Assembly (NCBI GenBank): GCA_044225505.1
Contig: JBGAIN010000079.1
Location: forward strand, 1 to 36,443
Direction: 5' to 3'
Length of the DNA stretch: 36,443 nt
Source of the DNA: Limisphaerales bacterium
GTDB taxonomy: Bacteria; Verrucomicrobiota; Verrucomicrobiia; Limisphaerales; SIBE01
The notes beneath the pieces were generated by a model that had not been told where the DNA came from, made no database searches, and saw only the letters and a program-made list of their open reading frames with translations. A program made the translations under genes and the position numbers. Of this stretch, positions 1 to 8,982 are shown in pieces (the first letter of the stretch is position 1; each line of letters opens with the position of its first letter).

Positions 1-311
1 ATGAGCACTGGCGTCAAGGCGTTATCTGGAGACGATCGCATCCATTTCAACACTTGCATTCCGTCGACCTTTGGCATCATCAGGTCGAGAACGACCGCAT
101 CAAAAACCTCTTGCGATAAAAGCTTGATCGCACCTTCGCCATCGGCCGTTTGCTCCGTCAAGTACCCCTCCCGCCGTAGAATGCTTTTATACAGCAGGCT
201 CAGACAAGGATCGTCTTCGACGATCAGAACCTTGGCAGCGCCCTCAGCCGCCTCCGGAGCTTCTGCGGCCGCGCTTTTGTGCGGATGAGGTATTTCCGAT
301 GCAGAGTTCAT
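1..311 (-). CDS. Response regulator receiver-domain protein (partial, runs off window start)
   Basis: Manual translation from ATG at 311: MNSASEIP...KVLIVEDDPCLSLLYKSILRREGY...FDAVVLDLMMPKVDGMQVL. Acidic pocket ED, phospho-Asp in VLDLMMP. Not in the ORF track because it is truncated. Confidence 0.9.
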   Translation of the reverse strand, partial: MNSASEIPHPHKSAAAEAPEAAEGAAKVLIVEDDPCLSLLYKSILRREGYLTEQTADGEGAIKLLSQEVFDAVVLDLMMPKVDGMQVLKWMRSSPDNALTPVL

Positions 312-538
312 ATGCAACGCCGATCAGGCGAGAAGCACTCTACGTGCCCGAGCTTCATCTCCTCGTCAGACTGCCAACTTTAAGAAGATGTACCGGCGCG
401 AATCTGGACAACACGAGGCAAAAGTGGACAGCGCCCTAGGGCCTTCCACCGGTCGCCGCAGCCCGCTTTCAGGGTCCCCCCCGATTGATTACCGCGGCCA
501 CCGCCGCTACATGAATTCGTATGATGACACGCACAATC

Positions 539-673
539 ATGTTCAAACGGACGGTGGTCGCACTCACCCTTCTGGTGGCTGTGACGGTGTTCACCGGCTG
601 CCGCAACACCGCCCACGGAATGGGTCGAGACGTCGAACGCGCCGGCGAGAAGATCCAGGAAAAAACGGAATAA
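539..673 (+). CDS. Entericidin EcnA/B-family small lipoprotein (44 aa; alternative starts at 521/524)
   Basis: MFKRTVVALTLLVAVTVFTGC-RNTAHGMGRDVERAGEKIQEKTE*: basic N-terminus, hydrophobic core, lipobox FTGC, then the NTxxGxGxDxxxxGxxI entericidin signature. Confidence 0.85.
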   Translation: MFKRTVVALTLLVAVTVFTGCRNTAHGMGRDVERAGEKIQEKTE

Positions 674-935
674 GGCGGCGATTGCGCGCCTACTGGATGC
701 ACCGCTCGTTATCAGGCTTGCGTGGCGCGTGACACCGCGCAAGCTGATTGTCTCAATCGCAGACAACCGCTCGAGACAGGCCCAGGCAGAGGAGGCTCCG
801 TCGCTTGCCTGCAAGCCTCTGTAAACGGCCTGCCGTATATAACTATTCGCGCCGTGAAGGTTTCCATGCCGGTTCTCAGGATTGCGTCCGCGGACCCGGC
901 ACGTAAGTTGCCTTGGGTGTCCAAACGGCACACGT

Positions 936-2147
936 ATGCCTTCATACACCTATCTGGCGCGAGAAGCAGGCACGGGACGAGAAGTCCGAAATTCACTGGA
1001 AGCAGCGAATGAGCAAGCCGCTATTGCCGCGCTTCTCAATCGCAATCTCCTGGTCGTCTCGATTCAAGAGAAGCTTCGAAAGGCGGGGAAGACGTCTGGC
1101 GGCAGCGTGCCGCTGGCCGACTTGGTCGTGTTTACACGGCAGTTGGCGACCATGGTGGACGCTGGCCTGGCCGTGGTGCAATCGCTCCAAGCGCTTGCCG
1201 AACAGACCACGAACAAAGTCATGCGCGACGTCATTCGTGACGTTTGCGCACGCGTCGAGGGTGGCGACAGCTTTTCCGCAGCGCTTCAAAAGCACCCGAA
1301 GGTTTTCATTCGACTCTATGTCTGTATGGTCGACGCTGGCGAAAAAGGCGGTCTTTTGGCCGAAATCCTTGCTCGCCTAGCGACCTACCTGGAAAACACC
1401 GCGCGCCTGCGAAAGAAAGTTAAATCGGCCATGATGTATCCGACGGCCGTAACCTCAATCGCGATTGGTATCACCGTCTTCCTGTTGGTCCGGGTCGTTC
1501 CCGTGTTTGCGGATATCTTTTCGGGATTCGGCGCAAAGCTACCAGCTCCAACGCTATTCCTCATTAATCTCAGCCGGTTCGTACAAGCTTCCCTCATCTA
1601 CCTGATTCCGGGTGCGGCTTTGGTTGTGTATGGCTGGTTTTCTTATATCAAGACGAAGCAAGGTCGGGAGTTTTGGGATCGCACACGAATCAAACTGCCG
1701 ATCTTCGGCTCAATTGCCCACAAAATCTGCCTCGCTCGTTTTACGCGGACCCTGGCGTCGTTGATTCGTAGCGGTGTTCCCATCCTGGAAGTCCTGAACA
1801 TCGTCGCCAACACCTGCGGCAATGTCATTATGGAGAAGTCGATCCGCACTGCCTCCGGAGATATCGAACGGGGCGAGGGCATCTCCACGGCGCTTTCGAA
1901 ACATCCCATTTTCCCCACGATGATCATCCGCATGGTTTCTGCGGGTGAACAGACCGGCAAGATCGATTCGATGCTGGAACGGGTCGCAGATTTTCTCGAT
2001 GAAGAAATTGAGACGACGTTGGCAGGGCTTACCTCGCTTATTGAGCCTTTGCTCATCGTATTCTTGGGCGTTGTGATCGGCGGAATCGTGATTTGTATGT
2101 TCCTGCCAATCTTCAAACTGGCGGATGTTGTAAGCGGCAACCGATAG
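936..2147 (+). CDS. pilC: Type IV pilus inner-membrane platform protein PilC / T2SS F family
   Basis: Motifs FTRQLATMVDAGL, AGEKGGLL, AMMYP, FTRTLASLIRSGVPIL, GEQTGKID, LIEPLLIV, MFLPIF. Start placed at ATG 936 (MPSYTY). Confidence 0.95.
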   Translation: MPSYTYLAREAGTGREVRNSLEAANEQAAIAALLNRNLLVVSIQEKLRKAGKTSGGSVPLADLVVFTRQLATMVDAGLAVVQSLQALAEQTTNKVMRDVIRDVCARVEGGDSFSAALQKHPKVFIRLYVCMVDAGEKGGLLAEILARLATYLENTARLRKKVKSAMMYPTAVTSIAIGITVFLLVRVVPVFADIFSGFGAKLPAPTLFLINLSRFVQASLIYLIPGAALVVYGWFSYIKTKQGREFWDRTRIKLPIFGSIAHKICLARFTRTLASLIRSGVPILEVLNIVANTCGNVIMEKSIRTASGDIERGEGISTALSKHPIFPTMIIRMVSAGEQTGKIDSMLERVADFLDEEIETTLAGLTSLIEPLLIVFLGVVIGGIVICMFLPIFKLADVVSGNR

Positions 2148-2155
2148 GAGTAACG

Positions 2156-3622
2156 ATGGCAAAAGTTCTGTTGCTGGACGAAGAATTGTCGGTGGTGCAG
2201 ATGGTGGGTGAACTCCTCCGTTCGGAGGGGCACCACGTGGTGCCATTTACGACCGGCACTGCCGCGATCGAAGGATTGCCCACGGTCGCGCCCGATTTGG
2301 TGATTGCGAACGTTACGGCCGAACGGACGTGGGCGACCGCGCAGCGCGTTCTGCAAAAGTCACGTTCGCTCAATCCGCCTGCCCTGGTGATCGTCATTAC
2401 GGCTCCCGAAGCCACAGCCAGTCCGGTGGAAGCCATAAGACGCGGCGCTTACGACTACCTGACCAAACCGTTTACCCTGCATGAGTTGAAGCTCCGTGTG
2501 CAACGGGCGCTATTTTACCAGGCCGCGTTCAGCGAAAACGTCAGTCTTCGCAAACAGCTTCAATCCAAGACCCAGTTTCGCGAGATCATCGGGCAATCCA
2601 ATCAACTGCAAGACGCTCTCTCTGCCGTGGAACGGGCTGCTGATTCCGAGAGTTGCATCCTGATCTACGGCCAAAGCGGCACGGGCAAAGAGTTGATCGC
2701 ACGGGCTGTCCATTTCAAAAGCCGGCGACGACTTGCTCCGTTTGTTGCCGTCGATTGCGCGATCATCCCGGAAAGTCGGATGGATGCGCAACTCTTTGGC
2801 CAGCGTAAAGGCTTAGTCGGTGAAGAACATCCCGGACTGATCCAGGAAGCGGACGGGGGCACGCTTTTTCTCAATGCCGTTCACGCTTTGCCGATCGAGT
2901 TACAGACACGCCTATTCGAACTGCTGACCGATCGTCAAATCCGCCTCTCTGGAGATTCCGTGCCAGTCCATCTCGATGTTCGTGTGCTAACGGCCACAAA
3001 TGTCCCCTTGGACCAACCCGTCGCCCAAGGCAAGTTTCTCCGGGATCTTTTCCAGAAGTTGAGTGAAGTCGCGGTCATGCTGCCGTCGCTCCAGGAGCGA
3101 TCGGAAGATATTCCCCTTCTCATCGCTCATTTCCTGGAAGGGAAAGTGCATCGGCGCTCTGGTCACGCTTTCACCATCACACCGGAAGCGGTCGAACTTT
3201 GTTGTGGCTACTCGTGGCCTGGCAATGTGCGGGAACTAGAACAGGCTATGACCCACGCCTGCAATGTCAGCCAGACGGGCAGTATCCAAATCGTCGACCT
3301 GCCCAGACCGATCCAGCAATTGCATAGTAACGGCAAGTGTGCGCTCCCCGATTCCGCTCTGCTACACCAGGACCGTTCCGAATGTGCAAGCCGCGTCCGC
3401 TTTGAGGAAACCAAGCCCTACACAAATGGCCACGGGCCGGAACTCACGGATGGCCCGGTACCTCTCAAACAGTTCCTCCGAAACCAGGAGATCTCTTACC
3501 TCCAGCGGACACTAGCCCATGTGGGCGGGAGCAAGGAACGCGCGGCCGAACTTTTGGGCATCAGTCTGGCAACGATGTACCGGAAGTTATCCGAGCCGGC
3601 GGACGGCCCCGAGGGTGATTGA
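2156..3622 (+). CDS. NtrC/PilR-like REC-AAA+-Fis HTH regulator with degenerate catalytic motifs
   Basis: GGAG RBS at 2147-2150. REC domain (GAYDYLTKPF), Walker A GQSGTGKE, WPGNVREL, HTH AAELLGISLATMYRKL. GAFTGA is missing and Walker B reads FLNAV. Confidence 0.9.
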   Translation: MAKVLLLDEELSVVQMVGELLRSEGHHVVPFTTGTAAIEGLPTVAPDLVIANVTAERTWATAQRVLQKSRSLNPPALVIVITAPEATASPVEAIRRGAYDYLTKPFTLHELKLRVQRALFYQAAFSENVSLRKQLQSKTQFREIIGQSNQLQDALSAVERAADSESCILIYGQSGTGKELIARAVHFKSRRRLAPFVAVDCAIIPESRMDAQLFGQRKGLVGEEHPGLIQEADGGTLFLNAVHALPIELQTRLFELLTDRQIRLSGDSVPVHLDVRVLTATNVPLDQPVAQGKFLRDLFQKLSEVAVMLPSLQERSEDIPLLIAHFLEGKVHRRSGHAFTITPEAVELCCGYSWPGNVRELEQAMTHACNVSQTGSIQIVDLPRPIQQLHSNGKCALPDSALLHQDRSECASRVRFEETKPYTNGHGPELTDGPVPLKQFLRNQEISYLQRTLAHVGGSKERAAELLGISLATMYRKLSEPADGPEGD

Positions 3623-3637
3623 CCCGCGGCGCTGGCT

Positions 3638-3662
3638 GGCGGATAAAAGCCGCCCCTTTTCT
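3638..3662 (+). terminator. Possible weak intrinsic terminator
   Basis: GGCGG-ATAAAAG-CCGCC hairpin followed by CCTTTTCT just after the regulator stop; the stem is short. Confidence 0.3.
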
Positions 3663-3734
3663 CAGGTTCGGAGGGCGTGTAGCCTTCGCTGAGTCCCTCC
3701 CACTTCAGCTTCCCTGGGTCTGGTTGTTCATGGA

Positions 3735-3743
3735 CTAACCCGC
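3735..3743. repeat. Target site duplication, left copy (CTAACCCGC)
   Basis: Identical to 5136-5144 and abuts the left TIR. Confidence 0.92.
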
Positions 3744-3766
3744 GGGTGCATCTTGACTGTACCACC
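3744..3766. repeat. Left terminal inverted repeat
   Basis: GGGTGCATCTTGACTGTACCACC versus the reverse complement of 5113-5135, GGGCGTATCTTTTCTGTACCACC. Confidence 0.92.
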
Positions 3767-3832
3767 ATGAGTGCATAATGGAGGGATGCATCGATCCAGT
3801 TCCGAGCTCGTGAGACAAGCAGGCAAAAGCCC

Positions 3833-5111
3833 ATGATCCTTCCAAATAATAATAAGCCCCAACGAGAGAACCGACTGATGCAGATCGAGAGGGAAGTCAG
3901 TGTCGAGGCGCGCGAATGGGAACGGCAGAGACTGGAGAAGAGGCTGCAGGAAGAGGCCGACCGCGACGGCCGAGTTTTCCCCCCTCAGCCAAAAAAAGGC
4001 GCAGCAACGGCGAGACACAGTGATAGTGCTAAGAAGCGGCGCCGGCATGGTTAAGGTGATTGCCTCCTATGGCTGGGAACCTGGGCGGGGACGGTGGGGA
4101 TGCCCGATGCGAGAACGCTGGGGCTTAGAGCCACGCCAAGAGCTCACTCCTAGCCTGGAAAAGCGACTGGCCTTCACCCTCACTGCCACCGGTTCTTTTA
4201 GCGACGCTGCGGTCGTGGCCCAGAACTGGATGGAGCAGCCGGTCGATGACACGATGCTCCACCGCCTGGCCCAACGCTTAGGCCAACGAGCTGAGGAGCA
4301 ACTGCAAGAGCGACTCAAAAGCGTGCCCCAGGAGCTGACCCCGCAGCGGGCTCCTTCGGAATTGGCGGTCTTTGAGTTAGATGGTTGGCAAGCCCGCTAC
4401 CGGGGGCCTGGATTTGGAAAGAAGAAAACCAAGAAAAAGCGCGTGGAATGGCACGAAGTGAAGTTGGGTGTTTTTTTCTTTCAGGAGCAAGCGGCCCACA
4501 TGGGAAAGGACCGGGGACTGCTCAGTGAGAAGGTGGTGGTCAGTTGGGTCGATGAGGGTGGCATGGAGTTGGGACGGCGCCTACATTGGGAAGCGATGCG
4601 CCGAGGAGTGGGACGAGCCAAACACATTCTGGTGTTGGGAGATGGCGCGCCTTGGATTTGGAACGTCGCCAAGGATCGCTGGTTAGGGGCCACCGAACTT
4701 TTGGACTTCTACCATGCCAGCGAGCATGTCTGGGCTCTGGGCAAGGCCCTCCAGGGAGAGGACAAAGCCAAGGAGTGGGTCGAAAGCCGCTTGCACGAGC
4801 TGCGCCACGGTCAAGAGAAAGCGTTTCTGGAGAACATTGCGCAAGTAAAAGTGCCCAGGGGCGAGCGTGGCGAAACGGTCCGAAAAGAACGGAAGTATTT
4901 TCCCAAACGAGCCAAGCGCCTAAACTACCAAGAGATCTCGGAACGAGGCTGGCCCATCGGCAGTGGAGCCGTTGAGTCCGCTTGCAGTGGCCATCAGGGC
5001 CGCTTCAAACGGCGGGGGCAACTTTGGACCAAGCCCGGGCTTCGAAACCTGGCTGCCCTCAAGCAGGCCCGCGAAAACAATTACTGGGATGAACTCTGGT
5101 TTGCCGCCTAA
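3833..5111 (+). CDS. ISKra4/ISLre2-family DDE transposase split over two frames (3833-4054 and 3900-5111)
   Basis: Catalytic motifs ELDG, LGDGAPWIW, LDFYHA (DxxH), IGSGAVES. The N-terminal ORF joins the main ORF by a +1 shift at TTTTCCCCCC (3975-3984). Confidence 0.9.
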
Positions 5112-5112
5112 G

Positions 5113-5135
5113 GGTGGTACAGAAAAGATACGCCC
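5113..5135. repeat. Right terminal inverted repeat
   Basis: GGTGGTACAGAAAAGATACGCCC, starting 2 nt after the last base of the transposase stop codon. Confidence 0.92.
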
Positions 5136-5144
5136 CTAACCCGC
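5136..5144. repeat. Target site duplication, right copy (CTAACCCGC)
   Basis: Identical to 3735-3743. Confidence 0.92.
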
Positions 5145-5200
5145 AGTAAATCATTGTTGCTTGTTGACGCGGCGCTTTTTCGCAACCATAAGGAATTGAC

Positions 5201-6562
5201 ATGCGTACTCTCATCAAACACGCACTAGCCGCTGCCGCTCCGTCCGAACAGGTGCAGATCGCTGGCTGGGTCCGAACGCGGCGAGACGCCAAAGGTTTTT
5301 CCTTCCTGGAAATTAATGACGGATCATGCTTGGCCAACCTCCAAGTGATCGTCGATACAACCACGGAAGGGTTCGCTGACTTGGCCCGATTTACCACGGG
5401 CGCTTCGACCGTGGTGGAGGGAAACCTGGTCCCCTCCCCGGCCGCCGGACAGAAATGGGAACTCAAAGCACGCCGTCTCGAGTTGGTGGGCGAAGCCGAT
5501 GCAAGCTATCCTCTGCAAAAGAAGGGCCATAGCATGGAATTCCTTCGGACGATCGCGCATCTTCGCCCTCGGTCCAACCTCTTCGGAGCTATCTTTCGCA
5601 CGCGGAGCCGGCTCGCCTTTGCGGTGCACCAATTCTTTCAGGAACGCGATTTCGTTTACGTCCATACCCCAATCATCACAGCGAGCGACTGCGAAGGTGC
5701 CGGCGAGATGTTTCGAGTGACAACCCTCAAAGGCCGAGCGGACGAAGACCCTTCCAAAGATTTCTTTGGTAAGCCGACGTTCTTGACGGTCAGCGGGCAA
5801 CTGGAAGGTGAGACCTTCGCATGCGCCCTTTCAAATATTTACACATTTGGCCCGACCTTTCGCGCGGAGAATTCTAATACCGCCCGCCACGCCGCGGAAT
5901 TCTGGATGATCGAGCCGGAGATGGCGTTTTGCGACTTGCAAGGAGACATGGATCTGGCGGAAGCCTTCATCAAAGGCATGGCGCGTTATACGCTGCAGCA
6001 TTGCGCTGATGACCTTGCGCTCTTCGCCAAGTTTGTCGACAAGGGCTTAATGGAGCGGCTCCAATTCGTGGCGGAACGCCCATTTCAGCGGATTCCCTAC
6101 TCGGAAGCCATTGCCATCTTGAGCAAAGCTTCCAAGCCATTTGAATACCCGGTGCGCGACGGGCTCAATCTGCAGTCCGAACACGAGCGCTATCTGACCG
6201 AAGAACATTTTCGATGTCCCGTGACGGTGTTCAATTACCCTCGCGCGATTAAACCGTTTTACATGCGAGCGAACCCGGACGGGCAAACGGTTACCGCTAT
6301 GGATGTCCTCGTCCCTGGGATCGGAGAGGTTATCGGAGGAGCTCAGCGAGAAGAACGGCCCGGCCAGTTGCGAGAGAATATGCAGTTTCACAAGCTGCGC
6401 GAGGAAGATTATCAATGGTATATGGACTTGCGCCGTTACGGAACCGTCCCACACGCCGGTTTTGGGGTGGGTTTCGAGCGACTCTTAATGTTCCTCACGG
6501 GCGTAGCCAACATTCGCGACGTGATTCCATTCGCTCGCACGCCGGGTAACGCGGAATTCTAA
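5201..6562 (+). CDS. asnS: Asparagine--tRNA ligase
   Basis: OB-fold [24 protein letters not shown], motif 2 [19 protein letters not shown], motif 3 [17 protein letters not shown] upstream. Confidence 0.98.
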   Translation: MRTLIKHALAAAAPSEQVQIAGWVRTRRDAKGFSFLEINDGSCLANLQVIVDTTTEGFADLARFTTGASTVVEGNLVPSPAAGQKWELKARRLELVGEADASYPLQKKGHSMEFLRTIAHLRPRSNLFGAIFRTRSRLAFAVHQFFQERDFVYVHTPIITASDCEGAGEMFRVTTLKGRADEDPSKDFFGKPTFLTVSGQLEGETFACALSNIYTFGPTFRAENSNTARHAAEFWMIEPEMAFCDLQGDMDLAEAFIKGMARYTLQHCADDLALFAKFVDKGLMERLQFVAERPFQRIPYSEAIAILSKASKPFEYPVRDGLNLQSEHERYLTEEHFRCPVTVFNYPRAIKPFYMRANPDGQTVTAMDVLVPGIGEVIGGAQREERPGQLRENMQFHKLREEDYQWYMDLRRYGTVPHAGFGVGFERLLMFLTGVANIRDVIPFARTPGNAEF

Positions 6563-6578
6563 ACCGATTCACCGAGCT

Positions 6579-7577
6579 ATGATGCGTCCCGTCCAAGTTT
6601 CCTACTTCATTCTCCTGCTCCTTTTTGCGTTGGTCGCGTGGCTTGGCTTGGCGACCCCATTCATTACCGTATTGTTTTCCTATTTCGCACTTCAAAAACT
6701 GGCCGTTCGCGGCAGCAAAACGGTTGGGATATGCCTGTTCGGCTTGTGCGTTTTGGCAGCGGCCTATATTTCCGGTTACTTCTTTAATCAGGCGCTGCAC
6801 GCCTTTCCAAAGATCGCTCAAAACGCCATTCCGGCGATCATCCGTTTTGCGGAAGAGCACAGTCTGGAGTTGCCGTTCACCGATTTAGAAAGTCTCAAAG
6901 CGCTCGCGATGGACACGGTCGTGGAGCAAGTCCGCTACGTTGGCAAGCACGCTACCCTCGCTGGCAAACAAGCGGTCCTGTTTGTCATTGGCCTCGTCGT
7001 CGCAGTCAGTCTTTTCCTGAATTCGCGCTTGGACATCGAGCAGGAAGGTCGAAGTTCGGACAATCTCTATTCATTGATTTGTCAGCAGATCGAGGCGCGG
7101 TTTCGAGCGCTCTACCAAAGTTTCACCCGGGTTATGGGGGCGCAGATCACCATCTCGACGATCAACACTGGCTTGACGGCTATCTTTATCACCTGGATGG
7201 CCTTACCCTACGCTGGGCTCGTTATCGTCGTGACGTTTTTTTGCGGCTTGCTTCCGATCATCGGCAACCTGATCAGCAATACCGTCATCGTCAGCATTGC
7301 GTTTACAATTTCGCCCAGAATGGGCGTCACCGCATTCGTGTTTCTTGTCGTCCTACACAAGCTCGAGTATTTCCTGAACAGCAAGATCATCGGCGGTCGC
7401 ATCCGCAATCCGATGTGGCTGACTTTGCTCGCTTTGATTGTGGCCGAACGCGTCATGGGAATTCCCGGAATCATCCTCGCGCCGGTGATTCTCGACTTTC
7501 TCAAGACGGAAGCTTCCAAGACTCGAATCGCGTCTCCGGTCGATGTGCAAGCTCCTACTTGGACCAACGCGGCGTAG
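6579..7577 (+). CDS. AI-2E (PerM/TqsA) family membrane transporter
   Basis: Multi-TM protein with AQITISTIN, LLPIIGNLI, LEYFLNSKIIG and GIPGIILAP motifs. Confidence 0.88.
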   Translation: MMRPVQVSYFILLLLFALVAWLGLATPFITVLFSYFALQKLAVRGSKTVGICLFGLCVLAAAYISGYFFNQALHAFPKIAQNAIPAIIRFAEEHSLELPFTDLESLKALAMDTVVEQVRYVGKHATLAGKQAVLFVIGLVVAVSLFLNSRLDIEQEGRSSDNLYSLICQQIEARFRALYQSFTRVMGAQITISTINTGLTAIFITWMALPYAGLVIVVTFFCGLLPIIGNLISNTVIVSIAFTISPRMGVTAFVFLVVLHKLEYFLNSKIIGGRIRNPMWLTLLALIVAERVMGIPGIILAPVILDFLKTEASKTRIASPVDVQAPTWTNAA

Positions 7578-7690
7578 GGGTGCAAGTCGCCGCGGCTTGG
7601 GACAACCACGCTCGGAATGGTCCTGGGCGGAGTTTGGACGCAGCCGTATTCGTCTTGAAGGCACGGTTCCCTTGCTGTTTCATACTGGCC

Positions 7691-8872
7691 ATGAACCTGC
7701 GCCTCGTTCTCTCCGTCATCCTGGCCCTCTCGGCCATGCCCACGATCTCGATCGTGAGCGCACCGGCCAGCGGTAAAACACCGTCGACCAAAGAAGCGCT
7801 CGTCTACTTCGGCACCTACACTGGCGAGAAGAGCAAAGGCATCTACGTCTCCCGGTTCGACTTGGCTTCGGGAAAGCTAAGCGCCCCGCAACTCGCGGGA
7901 GAAGTCAACAGCCCTTCTTTCCTCGCAGTTCACCCGAAAGAGCCCTGGCTTTATGCCGTCAATGAGATCTCCAATTTCCAAGGAAAGAAAAGCGGCGCCG
8001 TCTCGGCATTCGCGATCGATGCCAAGACCGGTCAACTCAAGTTGCTCAACCAGCAACCGTCGGTCGGCGATGGCCCTTGCCACGTCAATGTCGACCCATC
8101 CGGAAAAGCGGTTTTGATTGCCAACTACGGTGGCGGAAGCTGCGCAGTGCTCCCAATTCAATCCGACGGCAAAGTCGCGCCGGCGTCGGCATTCATTCAA
8201 CACCGTGGTTCGAGCGTCAATGCCCAAAGACAGGAAGGTCCTCACGCCCATGGCATCTACGTAGATGCCAGCAACCAGTTTGTCTTTGTTCCCGACCTGG
8301 GCTTGGATCGCATTCTCATTTACGGATTCGATGCGGCCAAGGGCGCCTTGACCCCTCATATTCCGCCGTTCGCTTCGGTTAAGCCCGGATCCGGTCCGCG
8401 TCATTTTGCATTCCATCCCAGCGGCAAATACGCGTATGTCATCAATGAGATGGCCTGCACAATCACGGCTTTCCGCTATGATACCGCCACAGGTGCATTG
8501 GAAGAATTTCAGTCCGCCTCCACTTTACCTGCTGGACAATCGGTCCTGCCCGAGTTCAGCACCGCCGAAATCGCGGTGCACCCGAGCGGCAAGTTCCTTT
8601 ACGGCTCCAACCGCGGCCACAATACGATCGCTGTTTTTTCAGTAAACCCAACGACTGGCGAAATTCGGCTGCAGCAGAACGCTTCGACTCAAGGTCGAAT
8701 TCCACGAGGCTTCGGCATCGATCCGACCGGCCAATACCTTCTGGCCGCTAATCAAGACTCCCATAACGTGGTCGTCTTCCGGATCGACACAAACACCGGG
8801 CAACTGAACTCAACCGGTCACTCGGTTGAGATCGGCAGTCCCGTCTGCGTTACCTTTCTGCCCCTGCATTGA
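7691..8872 (+). CDS. pgl: Lactonase family 7-bladed propeller (6-phosphogluconolactonase Pgl/YbhE-like) with signal peptide
   Basis: YFGTYT, IANYGGG, PHAH, PDLGLD, GPRH, SNRGHN motifs. Real start ATG 7691 (MNLRLVLSV), not the ORF-track start at 7079. Confidence 0.92.
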   Translation: MNLRLVLSVILALSAMPTISIVSAPASGKTPSTKEALVYFGTYTGEKSKGIYVSRFDLASGKLSAPQLAGEVNSPSFLAVHPKEPWLYAVNEISNFQGKKSGAVSAFAIDAKTGQLKLLNQQPSVGDGPCHVNVDPSGKAVLIANYGGGSCAVLPIQSDGKVAPASAFIQHRGSSVNAQRQEGPHAHGIYVDASNQFVFVPDLGLDRILIYGFDAAKGALTPHIPPFASVKPGSGPRHFAFHPSGKYAYVINEMACTITAFRYDTATGALEEFQSASTLPAGQSVLPEFSTAEIAVHPSGKFLYGSNRGHNTIAVFSVNPTTGEIRLQQNASTQGRIPRGFGIDPTGQYLLAANQDSHNVVVFRIDTNTGQLNSTGHSVEIGSPVCVTFLPLH

Positions 8873-8982
8873 CCCCCAACACCGGCGGACGCCGCGGACC
8901 GGGTTGCGCGTTCTGGATTCAGCAACGCCGCAGCAGGTAATTTCCGCTTGAAGCCTCGGGCCCCGGCGTCCATTGTCCGACC

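Larger units (their letters stand above)
3744..5135 (+). mobile_element. Complete insertion sequence, ISKra4/ISLre2-type (prokaryotic Mutator-like), 1392 bp
   Basis: 23-bp TIRs (19/23 match), exact 9-bp flanking direct repeat CTAACCCGC, and a DDE transposase inside. Confidence 0.93.

Noticed and set aside
723..738. Possible sigma54 -24/-12 promoter upstream of pilC (TGGCGCG...CCGC)
   Set aside because: GG-to-GC spacing is off by one and there is no TTGC. A similar near-match at ~24870-24885 also fails the spacing or consensus.
1..1012. ORF-track ORFs 1-288(+), 380-949(-), 388-732(+), 712-996(-), 722-1012(+)
   Set aside because: Shadow ORFs. The region is better explained by the minus-strand response regulator, the entericidin gene and the pilC upstream region.
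3753..3779. Transposase promoter TTGACT...CATAAT in the IS left end
   Set aside because: Both hexamers are good but the spacer is only 15 nt; not enough to call.
3991..3998. A_AAA_AAG -1 ribosomal frameshift as the transposase joining mechanism
   Set aside because: The downstream ORF is in the +1 frame relative to ORF1, so a -1 shift would not reach it.
7079..7690. 204-aa N-terminal extension of the lactonase ORF
   Set aside because: It overlaps the AI-2E gene out of frame and has no protein-like character; a good signal peptide starts at ATG 7691.
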